The notes under the pieces are model-generated. The model searched no databases, was not told where the DNA came from, and was given only the letters and a program-made list of their open reading frames with translations. Source: Eledone cirrhosa (taxonomy: Eukaryota). From it: 64,000 nt of DNA. The translations under genes and the position numbers were made by a program. The stretch is from positions 311,364,001 to 311,428,000 of the forward strand of contig OZ024742.1 in the NCBI GenBank assembly GCA_964016885.1. The letters run 5' to 3'. Shown here one piece after another: positions 1-13,646 of this stretch. Positions within the stretch are counted from its first letter, which is position 1. Each line of letters begins with the position of its first letter.

Positions 1-2075
1 GGTCGGCTTTTATCACCTCATCCTAGGTCTTCTTGGGTCTCCCCACTCCGCGGTTTCCATTGACTTCTAGTGCTCTGCACCTTTTTATGCAGCTGTCATC
101 CTTCATACGCATCACGTGTCCATACCAACGCAACCGCCTCTCCTGCACACAGCATTTGATTCCTCTTATGCTCAGTCTCTCTCTCAATTCATTTATGCTT
201 TGTCGTTCGCGTATATTACTATTTCACATCCATCGGAGCATGCAGGCTTCATTTCTTTCTAATCTACGTAAGTCTTCCACCTTCAGCGCCCAGGTCTCAC
301 TACCATGTAACATTGCTATTCAGATACACGCATCATACAGTCTGCCTTTCATTTTGAGGGAGAAGCCTTTTGCAGCTAGCAGTGGCAGTAGTTCCCTGAA
401 CTTCTTCCATCCCGTTCTTACCCTAGTTATTGTACTTTCTGAACACCCACCTCCGCTGCTAATTCGGTCACCTAGGTAGCAGAGGCTGTCTACTGTTTCT
501 ACAGAGCCCTCCCAGAGATTGGTGGTACTTGTTTCTTGTGGTGGTTTGCTGCTTGCTGTCCCAGTACAGCTGCTGCATGTGAAGCCTACATTCTTAATTA
601 AGCTTCCTGAGATCCCGCTACATCTCTTGTGTACCCATTGTTTGCATTTGGGGCAGAAAATGGAGTTCCTACCTACACCTTTCCTACATACTGAGCAAGG
701 CCATTTCCCTGAGGGGATCTGGGTTCTGTTTTCTCGTCTACTTACAAGGACCTTAGTCTTTGTCAAGTTCACTTTGAGACCCTTTCTTTCTAGTCCCTGC
801 TTCCAAGTTTGGAATTTCTTCTCTAGTTCTACCATAGATTCAGCTATAAGTGCGAGGTCATCAGCAAACCGGAGTTCCCGTGGGCATCCGGTCTTAAACT
901 CCTCCGTCATTGCCTTCACGACTATGATGAAGAGGAGGGGGCTAAGAACAGAGCCCTGGTGGACACCAACCTGTACACTAAATTCCTCGCTATACTCATT
1001 GCTAATCCTAACTTTGCTGACTGCTCCCCTATACATGGCTTGTACAGCTTTCACAAGCCATTCATCTACTCCTAGTTTTCTAAGAGCCCACCAGATTACA
1101 GCACGTGGAACTCTGTCAAAGGCTTTCTCGAGATCGACGAATGCCAGGTAGAGTGGCTTACTTTTAGCTAGGTACTTTTCCTGTAACTGCCTCACAAGGA
1201 AGAGGGCATCAGTGGTGCCTCTTCCTGGTACAAACCCAAATTGCATCTCATCTAGTTTCACCCGGTCTCTAATCAACTGTGCTATAACTCTTTCTGTTAC
1301 TTTCATGACCTGGTCCATCAGCTTTATACCTCTATAGTTTCCTCTATCTAGTGCATCACCTTTACCTTTGTAGCAGTTGACAATGATGCTACTGCACCAA
1401 TCTTTTGGTATGACACCTTCTAGTATTACCTGGTTAACAATACGTGTGGTTATAGTGTGATCTACATACCCAGATGCCTTCAGCATCTCGGCAGCTATAC
1501 CCGATGGACCGGTTGCCTTCCCCATCTTCATATCTTTGATTACCTTACTTACTATGCTGCTGCTGACTTGTACTGCTGGCCCCTCTATAGGGTCTACTTG
1601 GGGTAGGGTCTCTTCTTCCCATGCATTCTCCTCATTTAGTAATCTATCATAATGGCTCTTCCATGCATCTTTCTTCTCAGCACTTGTGAGGCAAGCTCAC
1701 CTTTATCATTCCGGATACACTTCTCTCCAATGACATCACAATTCTCTCTGACACACTGCCTCGCAATCTTGAACACCTCCTGTTTCTGGTACTCATGTTG
1801 CAAAACATGCTTGAATTTTCTATCCTCTGCTTCCCTCCTAGCTAAGTATACTTGTCACCTAGCTTCCCTCTTGGTCTCTATGTAATGTACCCTGCTCCCC
1901 CCGTTCTTCTATTCTTTCCATGCCTGTCTCTTGGCCTTAACTGCCTCATCTACCTTATTGTTCCACCACCAAGTCACTCGTCTTCTGGTTGTGGTCTTAC
2001 TCCAGCCACAGACCTCATCCGTCGCCTCTAGTAAGTTATTTTTTAGGAACTCCCAGTGCTCTTCTACATTGCATG
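1..2075 (-). mobile_element. RTE-clade LINE, degenerate RT fragment (runs off window start)
   Basis: ORF 320-1531: NYRGIKL, QFGF, FVDLEKAFD, GVHQGSVLSP, FADD motifs plus Cys-rich finger. Confidence 0.92.
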
Positions 2076-2372
2076 TCTCTCTCTCTCTATATATATATAT
2101 AGAATGGAAAACGAAAAATCAGTGATGCATCGGAACTCAATTTATTGCGTGTTACAATTGTTTCCCCGTCGAACAGCTCGAGGTGCGATCTGTGTGTTAA
2201 TCAATCTGACTCTGGATTCACAGGTTCCTCGGACATGTCTATTGATTTCGGAGCATATCCTCTTTCATACTCTGCTCCGTAGGAGCATAGAGTACTCAAC
2301 CGGCATACTGCTTATGGAAGCATCTTAGCTACCATTAGACACATATATATGGAGGCACATGGAGGCACATGT

Positions 2373-2705
2373 GGAGGCACATGGCTTAGTGGTTAGAGCA
2401 TTGGCCTTGCAATCGAAAGGTTGTGAGTTCAATTCTCAGACGTGTTGTTTCTTGAGCAAGACACTTTATTTCACATTGCTCCAGTTTACACAGCTGTAGA
2501 AATGAGATGATAGGGACTGGGGTCCATATCATTCCACTGCAAAGTTGTCGTGCAGGTGCCACGGCAAAAAAGCACCCAGCACTCACTGTAAATGAGGTTG
2601 GTGTTAGGAAGGGCATCCAGCTGTAGAAATCAAGCCAGAATCAGTTCCTGTCCCACCCTTGCAAGCAGGGAAAAGCAGACGTAAAATGAAATGATGATGA
2701 TGATG
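2373..2705 (+). mobile_element. tRNA-derived SINE with RTE-type 3' end and (TGA)n tail
   Basis: A box TGGCTTAGTGG, B box GAGTTCAATTC; 3' part matches the RTE 3'UTR; 5' end stuttered (ggaggcacat x3). Confidence 0.85.
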
Positions 2706-2819
2706 GTATGTCTGCGTGTGTGTGTCAATGTGCGTTTAAAGGGGTGAAATTTGAAACTTATGAAAATTTGTCGAAATAATAGGACATATAAGCCTCCTTA
2801 AAGGAAAAAAAATAGACAT

Positions 2820-2895
2820 TAGCACCTGCAGGACTCGAACCCATGTTCTCATGCTTGCTGGGCAGAAATGCTGCCATTACAATAGTGGTCATCAC
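2820..2895 (-). pseudogene. tRNA-like sequence (pseudogene or SINE head)
   Basis: GGTTCGAGTCC B box with tRNA-like spacing; no clean cloverleaf. Confidence 0.35.
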
Positions 2896-3559
2896 ATTTT
2901 CTTCCATTGTTTTAAAACTATACATACATAGCATTTCATATGTGAAATTGTGTGTTGAAACAAATATATATTGGGAGGATAAAACTAGCAATAAGGGGTG
3001 GTAACTGTGGAAGGGGGGGGGGAGCACGGCACCCCCAATAATTATATTTTTTTCCCCAAATTACCAAAACACATACAATTTATGTACATGTTATGGTTAT
3101 CGCATGTCAAAGTTTTTTATATTTTGGTTTATATTTGATAACAGCTAAACTAATCACTACAACTAAATTGACCAAATTTGCCTTTCCCCCCCAATTAAAA
3201 AATACTTCCACTGCCCCTGCAATATGAAATACATATGCACAGATTGTATTTCTCTCTAATTTTGTTAATCAATTAGCAATTAGATTATTCTTTATTTTTG
3301 TTTACTTTATTTACATCAGCATCGCAGGACCAAGTAACACACTGAGGTCGATTTATTTGACTTTCTCCTCCCCTTCAAATTGCTGGCATTATACCTAATA
3401 TGGTATGGTATAGTCCCTTAACTCCTGATAGAGTTGTAGGGGCACTGTATTGACATACAGTGTTTCTTGGCCATTTAAAGCTTGGTGGAGCCCATCCCTA
3501 TCCAGGCCTGAGTACAGCAGATTTCTTTCAGAGAAAGATAGAAAGTGAGAAAGAGATAT

Positions 3560-4235
3560 AGAGGAAGAATCGACTCCAGTACTTGACTGGTACTTTTTTT
3601 ATCGACCTCGAATGGATGAAAGGCAAAGTTGACCTTGGCGAGATTTGAGAGCCAGAATGAACACCATAAAGCATTCTATCCGACATTCTAACGACTGCCA
3701 ATTCACCGCCTTGTGCCAAATATAGAAACAATTATTTTAACAATCCCAAGGGTGGTGGATTGGCAGAACCATTAATGTGTTGAACGAAATATGTTACAGT
3801 GTTTCATTATGTCCCTTTACATAGTAGTTTGAAATCCTGCCAAATTCAACTTTGCCTTCATCCTTCTGAGATAGGTAAAATAAAATACTAGTCAAACACT
3901 GGGGTTGTTATAATCCACTTTTCTGCCCTTCAGATTGCTGGCCTTGTGTCTAAATTAGAAATCAATATCTATACCAGGAGTCTCAATCTCAAGGTCTAAA
4001 AAGGACTGTGTTGGGGAAGAGGCACAGCGGGCCAATTACAATGGTCTCTGATTTAGGCACAAGACCAACAATTTTTGGGGAGGGTGCGTTGTTATTGGTA
4101 CTTCATTTTATCGACTCCATAAGGACAAACAGTAAAGCTAACCTTGGCATGATTTGAACTCAGAATATAGAGAGCTGTAACTTCATGCTAGAAAGCATGT
4201 TGTCTGATGATCTATTGATACTACCAACCCACTGC
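3560..4235. mobile_element. Cluster of old SINEs of a second family (core GCCTTTCATCC...GTCGATAAAA..GTACC)
   Basis: Three diverged copies here; others near 25380-25560, 30730-30900, 35760-35910, 37888-38000, 48420-48610; core recalls the Meta/MESC SINE domain (from memory, unverified). Confidence 0.6.
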
Positions 4236-5162
4236 CCTAATTTCCACTAGGTATAATGCTAATCTGCAATACAGTTGATAGACTGCAATCAATTATGTTT
4301 TTTCATCAAAATGAATGATAGTTTGTGGGATAAAATGCACTCAGTTCACTCTGTAATGTTGTAGTAGTGGTACTATGATAAAATGCACCTATTACACTGT
4401 AAAAGAGTCATTGGAGCATTGGATATTTTTCCCAGGACCTCTATGTTCTGAGTTCAAATCAACCTCTTTTCCTTTCATCCATTTGGGGTACCAGCCCTCG
4501 CTTCTTTCAGCTATCACACACTGGAAGTTCTGCTGGATCAAAAGAGGGAGGATTGAGAGAGCACCTGCATCTGTTCGTGACAGCATGGGTACTTAAAACC
4601 CTTAATGAAGCATAGTATAGGTTACCAAGTTATACTCGATTGCAATTGACCACATCAGTTTTTAGACTCTGTAAATTGGTGGTGATGGTGTCACAATAAT
4701 ATGTACCCAGTACAGCCTATAAATTGGTAACAGTGCTACCAGGGTAAAATGCATCCAGTACACTCTGTAAAGTGGTTTATGATAGCCATAAAAACCATGC
4801 CCAAATAGAATATATGAGCATGACTTGGTCCTGTGACCCATCTAGGCCCAGGCTATGACAACCCCCATCGAAACCATGCCAGCATGGAAATCGGACATAA
4901 AACGATGCAAACGCTTCATTACAAATATACATTTTGTTAACACTCTGTGTACGGTTAGCTTGCATATGAGTTCAAACTATTCCTTGAGTAATTTGAGAGT
5001 AGCCAGACAAATATTTTTCCTATCGTCTTATAAATATAAAATTTATAAATATCAAAACAGCAGGAATTGTGAGTAGATGTTTTTTTCATTATTCTATTGT
5101 TTCAATACTTCTATAGAGTTTTCATTTTATTTTTTCGAAGGGTTGAGATCTATAACGGAAAG

Positions 5163-5284
5163 TTATTTCATTATATACCTCATTTTGATTTTCCCAGCAG
5201 CACCATCCCTAGGTGAACTAAAGGTTGTTCTTCCTCCTGTGACATCACTACTTGCTGCCACTTCTCTGGCTTTGGTAGTAGTAA
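5163..5284 (-). CDS. Probable terminal coding exon (FTTTKAREVAASSDVTGG...KMRYIMK*)
   Basis: ttatcag acceptor; open in phase 1 to TAA at 5163-5165; AATAAA at 5126-5131 (minus strand); an internal AG|gtatat donor at 5179 cannot be excluded. Confidence 0.55.
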
Positions 5285-5448
5285 CTGATAATCACATGGA
5301 GATAGACATGGATATCTTGAGTTTATCACAGTTTAACCCTTTAGCATTTACATTACTCTATATTTACTATTGTATTTTTGGCTTTGGTAGTAGTAACTGA
5401 CAATCACATGGAGATAGACATGGATATCTTGAGTTTATCGCAGTTTAA

Positions 5449-5666
5449 CCCTTTAGCATTTACATTACTCTATATTTACTATTGTATTTTTGCAGTAAAG
5501 GCTTTATCTCACATAATATCTCACATAATATCGAATATGAGATTTTGATATTATTTATTTTGAGAACAATACCATAACATCAGTATGAGTCGCTGGTTAC
5601 AGCTGGTTTGAACAGAAAGAGGTGAGAGAATTCTGGCCAGATACAGCCAGTTTAAATACTAAATTG
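5449..5666 (+). mobile_element. piggyBac-like MITE
   Basis: TTAA|CCCTTTAGCATTTA start, degenerate right TIR, then TTAA; same family as 13720 and 49140. Confidence 0.7.
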
Positions 5667-5776
5667 TTAATACCATCCGCTGATGAAGTATTGTACTAAT
5701 TTGGCAGGCATATTTGCACTTATCTTGCCACTGTAGCTAATAGATTGCACACTGCATCTGTTGCTGTAGGGCTAAC

Positions 5777-6074
5777 CAGAGGCACAACTAGGGAAAATAG
5801 CACCTATGGCAAGCAGTGAAATTGTGCCCCAGTTCTGCCCTGTATTTTTACCTATAGAGGCCTAATAATTATATAAATCGTTTAATGATCCAGTCACCAT
5901 AGTGTTCTCAACCATGATAATCAGAGACAGATCAACATCTGAAGGAGTTTCTTTTTTCACTCTCAGACGAGGCTTATTTGACTTTAATAGAATGTGCTCC
6001 TTGTCCAAGTGGTGCCCCCATTAAGTGGCGCCCATGGCACATGTCATGCTTGCCATACCCTAGTTACGCCTCTG
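5777..6074. mobile_element. hAT-like MITE
   Basis: TIRs CAGAGGCACAACTAGGG / CCCTAGTTACGCCTCTG; 8-bp TSD gggctaac / gggctaaa. Confidence 0.75.
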
Positions 6075-6506
6075 GGGCTAAACGTTGCATGCTACATCTG
6101 TTGCTGCAGGATGTATTTCCAGAATCCCAATTGGGTCCGAGTCATTTCTAAGTGCAACTGCTCTATTACAAATATACATTTTGTTAGCACTCTGCATATG
6201 GTTAGCTCGCATATGAGTTCTAACTATTCCTTGTTGAGTGTGTAATTTGAGAGCAGCCAAACAATGGAAAATATTTTCCCTATCATCTTGGCAAATATAA
6301 TATATATATATGCGTGTGTGTGTGAATGTGTGGGTGTGTATTGCTGTATGCATGTGTCTGTGTCTATGCCTGTTTTTCATGTTTATGTTTGCCAAATCAA
6401 TCAGAAGTAAGTACTGGCTCTAATACGGTGGATAAAAAAGAAGTAAAAGGCAATGACCCAGCATGACCACAGTTCAATGGTAACAACAAAATAATGATGT
6501 ACTTAC

Positions 6507-6719
6507 ATAGACAAAATATTGTGACATTGGACCATATAGAATTTAATTGACATGTGGAGGTCGTAGATCCATTTATATAGACATAATAATCTTCCTCACA
6601 GCTGTAGTTAACTCTACTGTTGAAAGTGTGGGGTAACAGAATGGAATTTACATAGAGCAATGGGGTTATTGGTGACACTGCAGTGTTTGGGATTTCAGTA
6701 GGATTTCCACAGTTGACAT
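6507..6719 (-). CDS. Host gene exon 6: Sushi/CCP domain 4
   Basis: aaattag/gtaagt; 213 nt, phase 1-1; VNCGNP...VNYSCEED...STCQLNSIWSNVTIFC. Confidence 0.9.
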
Positions 6720-7099
6720 CTAATTTAAAGAAGATAAATTCAATTAATTTCATTTTTCAACATAACTACAACATATTAATTAGAACAAATAAGTGAGTAG
6801 AAGAGAACATGTATTAAATACTGAGTTAAATTTCTCATGTAGAAGGAGTTAGTTAGGCAAGCCTAACATTCTATCCAGGGAAAGATGTATATTTGATGTC
6901 TTTATTGCAATGAAAAACTGAGATAAACATGAAACTATTTGACTTACCCTGTTAGGGCATGACTAAGAGTGTTTTCAGATATCCTGAATGAAGCACATTG
7001 CCCTAAATGTTGCATACTATTTGCAGGAAGAAACAACTCCATTGGTTGACTGTCTGTACTTCCTAGTTCTATGCTCTCTTGTGTGATCATATACTAATT

Positions 7100-7498
7100 G
7101 TACTCACCAATAATGTGCTCTCGTGTGTGATAATCAGACTCCACTCTCCAGTCATGTGCACTGCTGTGTGATCTCAGATTCCACTCTCCAGTCATGTGCT
7201 CTCCAGTCATGTGCTCTCCTGTGTGATCTCCGACTCCACTCTCCAGTCATGTACTCTCATCTGTGAGCTCTGACTCCACTCTCCAATTATGCTCCTCTGT
7301 ATGGTCTCAGACTGCACTCTCCAGTCATGAACTCTCATCTGCGAGCTCTGACTCCACTCTCCAGTCATGTGCTCTCCTGTGTGATCTCCGACTCCACTCT
7401 CCAGTCATGTACTCTCATCTGTGAGCTCTGACTCCACTCTCCAGTCATGCTCCCTTGTGTGGTCTCAGACTGCACTCTCCAGTCATGTACTCTCATCA
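7100..7498. repeat. ~40-bp minisatellite
   Basis: Unit ccactctccagtcatgtgctctcctgtgtgatctcagact, about 10 copies. Confidence 0.9.
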
Positions 7499-9299
7499 GA
7501 TGTGTCCGTTGATGTCATATCTGTAGGTTGTCAGTGTGTGGAAGTTAAAGAGCTGTGCTGCACATGTCGCTGGCGAGTTTCCTTGCATTGAGCATTTATA
7601 TCACAGTAGTTTCTTTTTTTATCATCTTTCACCAGACATCAATCTGCCAAGAGTATTTTGACATGTTTTCAGTGTATTGAAAAGATCGTGTTCATATCTT
7701 TTCTTTTGACCCTATGTTGATAATTAGGTATAATGGCTTCAATACATACACATTGCACACAGAATACTTCGGCATTTTCGATTTGATCTTGCCATTTTCA
7801 ATGATCCAAACATTGGACAAATGGGACACATAGACATTGTGAATTATATATGGATACATACATACATATAGACATACATACATACACACATACATACATA
7901 CATACAAACATACACACACATATATAGACATACAAACATACATACATATACATATAGACATACATACATACACACATGCATACATATAGACATATACACA
8001 CACATACATACATACATATATACATACATATATACATACATATGATAACTGCCACTTCTTTACAGAAGATGGCTACCTCTTCAACGAATTCCCTGCTATT
8101 ATGAACCACTGCTAAGGTCACCTCTTCTAGACGCTTCCTATGTAGCATGGGTGAGCAGAGTGTCCTAAAAAAAATCTGCTCAGATGCTCATGACTCTGCC
8201 GAAGCATGTTGCTGTTCAGGTTAACAGTGCAGCAGCATTAGAATAAGACTGAAGCCGCTCACATGTAGATTTGTGACTCTGTGTTCTAGCTAGTTGAGTT
8301 TTCACATGCTACCACTCCTTCACCACTGTGGGACAAGTGAAGAAATATCTGCACATAAAGATGGTAATGCTATGTGCTTGTGCTACACACATAGCACCCA
8401 GTCCATCCCTGCAGCTATGTGTCCAGTGACAAGCCAAGGCAAGATAACAGGACTGTTATGATGATCACATGTGTTATTGACATGGAGTTTAACCTCTCTG
8501 AAGAGTGGGGAGGGTGTAGCTGTACTCACCACGCTTGGCCAATTGCAGGCTGGTGAAGCTATTTAATCCATATTTGGGGCGAATAGAAGTTGATTCTGTG
8601 GAGTTTGTCTGCCCTTTGACAGCTCTTATTTTTGTGCTACTGGGTTTCCACTTATATTCCTCGCCAGACCAGGATCTGGTGGGGGAGCTGGTTTAGTCAC
8701 TGACCACCTAACCATGAAACAGGTTATACTAGGCTACATGTTACCAGGTGCAGACAGAGACATGTCCTGACAATACATACATGTATAATATACCTACACA
8801 CACACACAAACACACACACACATACACACACATTTCAGACACTAGTCATTCACCAGAATATAGAATGAGAAATAAGAGATAAAATAGAAAGATAGAGAGT
8901 GACAAGAGGAAGGAATGGAAATTATTATTTTGTGAAAAAGCATTTTTTCTTTTTCTTTCTCAGGCACTTTCTCCACTTTTTTGACAAAGCTCTATTTATA
9001 TTTCCCACCTTCTGGCATTACAATTTGTACATCTTGTCTGTACCATATCCTGTCCTGTTTCTATTTGAAAGACCCTCACTTGCTTGCTGTTCTCTGTCTC
9101 TATGTTGTTGTATTGACTCATATGCATCTTCCTGGAAGCTTATTCTAAGCTGTTGTGAATCTTAGGCTCAAAAATATGCAATGCCACATTTATGCACAGA
9201 ATTGCATCACCCAAGGTTGGCTGAAGAGGAAGGTGAATGCTTTTGTTCGTTCATCACACATAATTCGTCTTTCTTGTGTGATATATATATATAAGCGTA

Positions 9300-9850
9300 G
9301 CTTTGTATGGGTATGGGATCGATGGTCAGCTTCTTGCTGCCCTGATGTCTCTATACGAATTCCTGAGTATTTGTGTTTGGATAAATGATGCTAAATTGAA
9401 ACCATTCAATGTTGGGGTTGGACTCTGCCAAGGGTGCTTACAGTCACCTCTCCAGTTCATTATTTTCATAAACAGGATTGACATGCGCAGCTGGGCTGGA
9501 AGTGGTATCACAACTGGTGAGTGCAAAATCAATCGGTTGGAATTTTCAGACGACATGGAGTTACTTAACTCGACAGAAGATGATTTCCGACTTACACTTG
9601 ATAGGTTTGATGCTGACTGCTGCATAGCTGGAATGAAAATCAGTGCTGCAAAAACTGAGACGCTCGTCCTCTCAAGGAAGCCTGTGCACTCTACATGTGA
9701 ATGGAGTTCCACTGAAGCAGGTGGAGAAGTTCAAGTATTTCGGGGCCATATTCACGAGTTATGGAAAGCAGGAGGTTGAATTAAGTGCAAGAATTGCAGG
9801 AGCTGGTTTAATAAAGCACCAGCTTCAGCATTTGCTGATCAGTAGGTGTA
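9300..9850 (+). mobile_element. Degenerate RT fragment of another RTE-like LINE family
   Basis: GLCQGCLQSP, FSDD, KTETLV, QVEKFKYFG motifs with a frameshift. Confidence 0.75.
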
Positions 9851-9960
9851 AAAGCCAAACTCGCTATCTTCAATTTGGTATTTTCATATGATACTCCATC
9901 ATAACTGTAACCTAGTTATTGAACTTAGTAAAAATAAACTATTAGAAAGAAATGACTTAC

Positions 9961-10164
9961 AGAGACAAAACATTGTTACGTCAGACCATGTAGAATTTAT
10001 TTCACATACAGAAGTTGTAGATCCATTTATATAAACATGATCCTCAAGACATATGTACGTAACTGTAGAGTTGAGATTGTAGAGTACTTCAGGAGACTCT
10101 ATAGACTGTGTAATATTGTGCACCGTGGCATTTAGTATCCAGGGAGGTTCTCCGCAGTCGACAT
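9961..10164 (-). CDS. Host gene exon 5: Sushi/CCP domain 3
   Basis: aaattag/gtaagt; 204 nt, phase 1-1; VDCGEPP...VTYICLED...SVCEINSTWSDVTMFC; several N-glycosylation sequons. Confidence 0.9.
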
Positions 10165-10995
10165 CTAATTTAAAGAAAAAAAGTGCTAATTTCATTCATA
10201 AATTCAATAGTTTGATATAACCCCAGCCTAATATTTCAATATAACTCTGGCCCAATATTTGAAACCAGTAAACAAAGATAATATATGTAGAGAAAATATT
10301 CAATTGACTTTCTCTTTATATACAAACCAAGTACAAAATCCTTACTTTTGATCATTCATTCTTGAACAAGTTGCCAGAAACTGTGAAGAGATGTATGATG
10401 TTGTGTATTGTATTTTCTATAGCCATGTTAATAGGGATTCACAGCATAACTCTTCTGCTATAGAACGGGTCACCGGAGGCAGATAGCGACGTGGCCACTA
10501 GATATAGCAGGCTCCTGCTGGATGAATAAGCAAACTCGGCCTAAACAGTGTTAAGCTACTAGAGGAGACGAAGGAATGGGGAACAATGATAGCTCTCAGG
10601 AAAACAATCTAAAAATGTAGTTATGCTGAGGCAAGTGAAGGCCAGCTCTAAAATTCTTAAACTTCGCATGTCTGAGAAAATTACCAAATTGGTGGCTGGT
10701 ACAAATAAGACCATAAAAAAATGCAGCATGGTCAGATTCAATAAAAGCAATCATACCTCATTGTCCTTCGCATATGTAACAAGGGACACATTCAAGCCTT
10801 AAGTAGAGGGGGCTCATTTCAGAGATATATTGCAGTCTCTATCTAATGCTAAAAAAAGACTGTCAATGGACCTGCGACCATCCTGAATGGTATGGGGGAT
10901 GGAGGGTGGACACAAAGGTTGCATATCTTGGTTTCCCAAACAATATGTTCTGAGTGAACTTTCACTAAGTAAGCAAACATTCATCTAGAGACAAT

Positions 10996-11331
10996 GGAGG
11001 CACATGGCTTAGTGGTTAGAGCATTGGCCTTGCAATCGAAAGGTTGTGAGTTCAATTCTCAGACCGGGTGATGTGTTGTTTCCTTGAGCAAGACACTTTA
11101 TTTCACATTGCTCCAGTTTACTCAGCTGTAGAAATGAGATGATAGGACTGGGGTCCATATCATTCCACTGCAAAGTGGTCGTGTAGGCGCCACGGAAAAA
11201 AAGCACCCAGCACTCACTGTAAATGAGGTTGGTGTTAGGAAGGGCATCCAGCTGTAGAAATCAAGCCAGAATCAGTTGCCGTCCCAACCTTGCAAGCAGG
11301 GAAAAGCGGACGTAAAATGATGATGATGATG
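10996..11331 (+). mobile_element. tRNA-derived SINE, full length
   Basis: Near-identical to the 2373 copy; A/B boxes; (TGA)n tail. Confidence 0.88.
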
Positions 11332-11752
11332 AGACTCAGTTAAGATTCATCTAGAGACTCAGAAACCAGAGACTGTCATGCCCTTCAGTATCATGGAATA
11401 TTATTAATAGGACAACTCAATATGTTAACAGGTCACAGAAATTTGGGCTATGTTTAACTGAAAAGTTCCACATTCTGAAGAAGTATGCAATATCACTTAT
11501 CCAGAGATTAGAAGATGAGATTTTCATCAATTTAAGATGAGATTTCGACATCACAGCAACACTTTTTGAAACACCTTAAATAACCATATGAAATCATTTA
11601 AATACTCGTCTTGCAGACAAAACAAGGGAACATATGAACTAAAGACTGTATGTGTGTGCATGCATGCATATGTGTGTGTGTATGTGCATCTGTGTACTTG
11701 TAAACACACACACACACACATAGGTAGATGGATAAGCAGATAGATTACTTAC

Positions 11753-11932
11753 ATTTGCATTGGATGTTAATTTCTGACCACCTTGCATTTATTTCACAAA
11801 TTGTTGTAAAGATTCCCCCCATGTATTTAAAACCTTCATTGCAGTGATAGATGACTTCGCTCTGGTATTTTGTGTTGGAAATTACATGATAGTATGTATT
11901 CAAATAATATAGAGGAGGTCCACAGTCAATAC
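11753..11932 (-). CDS. Host gene exon 4: Sushi/CCP domain 2
   Basis: ctttcag/gtaagt; 180 nt, phase 1-1; IDCGPP...VIYHCNEGF...TICEINARWSEINIQC. Confidence 0.9.
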
Positions 11933-12604
11933 CTGAAAGCAAAGTAAAAAAAAATTTTTTAAATTGTCAATCCCAGCATCGTGATTAGTTGTAGTTTGCT
12001 AGCTGGTTAAGATTGCGATATAAGTTCAACTTTTAGTTGAACCATTTTTGATTTATCGTGGCACTAACACAACTATACTGCAATATAAATTATCTAGAAC
12101 AGTCAGCAAAATGGTAGTGTTGGTGCCATGATAGAATGTACTCAATATCCTCTGTAAAGTGGTTGGTATTGGGAAGTGCATCCAGCCACGGAAACCAATA
12201 TGGAATGTATGAATAAGGCATGGTTTTCTGACCTCTCATGTCATGACGAATTGTTCAACCCATGCCAGCGTGGAAAGTGAACGTATGATGATGATGATGA
12301 TGATGTTGATGTTGATGATGTTGATGATGATGATGGTAGTGGTGGTGGTGGTGGTGGTGGTGGTGGTGGTGATGATGATGCGGATGATGATGATGATGCT
12401 GATGATATAGCGTATTCATGATATTTTTCTATCATTACTAGTTAAAAGGAGACAGACAAAATTCAGAAAGTTTGCCTCACTACACAGAAACATACCCTGT
12501 CATTTATCAACAAAGGAGCTTCTGCTTGGTTTTCTTAACCTGCAAGAAATATCAACCAAATCTTCCCAAATTTACATATGATCTTGAAGAAAATGGAATG
12601 ATAC

Positions 12605-13646
12605 ATCATCATAATCATCAGGTTTAGCGTCCGTGTTCCACGCTTGCATGGGTTTGGACGGGGGTTTTCCCACTTGAGGCAAGAGTGGTTGTCTTGCTCG
12701 CATAGGACTGTCTGGCGGGTTTTCTACAGTTGGATGCCCTTCCTAACACCAACCACATTTACAGTGTGGGGCTGGGAGGTTTTTACCGTGTTGCCTACAT
12801 GGCCACATTACAGCGTGGACTGTCTGGCGGGTTTTCTACATCTGGATGCCCTTCCTAACACCAACCACATTTACAGTGTGGGGCTGGGAGGTTTTTACCG
12901 TGTTGCCTACACGGCCACATTTACAGCGTGGACTGTGTGTTTTTTTGTCGTGACACCTACATGATCTCATTTGTTTCGGCCTGAATGTTGTGGGACCAAC
13001 ATAACTTTACATTGAAAGGGGCGGTGTGGATGGGGTGGAGGTGGTGGGACGGGGGTGTGTTTTGATAGAGATGCCTACTGACTGTAGTAGGTTTTTACTT
13101 TGTATTTAGATAAGGCGGGTCTTCTCTATTACTGAGTACCGCCAAAGGTCTCGGTCCAGTGACATTGTCTTGGAGAGGTGTAAGCGTGTGAGGTCGGAAT
13201 TTATCAGCTCGTCCCATGTTTTTCTGGGTCTGCCTACTCCGTGGCTACCGTCTATCTTTATTGCCCTGCACTTTGTTATACAGCTGTCGTCTTTCATGCG
13301 CATCACGTGACCGTACCAACGTAGCCTTCTCTCGAGTAAACAACATCTGATCCCTCTTATTTCTAATTTTTTCCTTAGTTCGTTTATGCTTTGCCGTTCA
13401 CGTATATTACTATTGCACATCCAGCAGAGCATGCAAGCTTCGTTCCTCTCTAGTCTGCGTATATCCTCTGCACACAATGCCCAGGTCTCACTGCCATGCA
13501 GCATTGCTGTTCGTATGCAGGCATCGTATAACCTGCCTTTCATTTTTAGGGAGAACCCTCTAGCAGCTAATAGTGGTATAAGCTCTCTGAACTTTTTCCA
13601 TCCAGTTCTGACTCTAGCTACTGTACTTTCAGAGCACCCTCCCCAT
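12605..13646 (-). mobile_element. RTE LINE 3' fragment with 3'UTR
   Basis: ORF 13106-13543 (RLRWYGHVMR, GRPRKTW); 3'UTR has an internal duplication; TGA-rich tail. Confidence 0.9.

Noticed and set aside
33-1151. Plus-strand ORFs recurring at several loci
   Set aside because: Antisense shadows of the RTE RT frame
2373-2445. tRNA gene
   Set aside because: A/B boxes belong to a multi-copy SINE head; no complete cloverleaf
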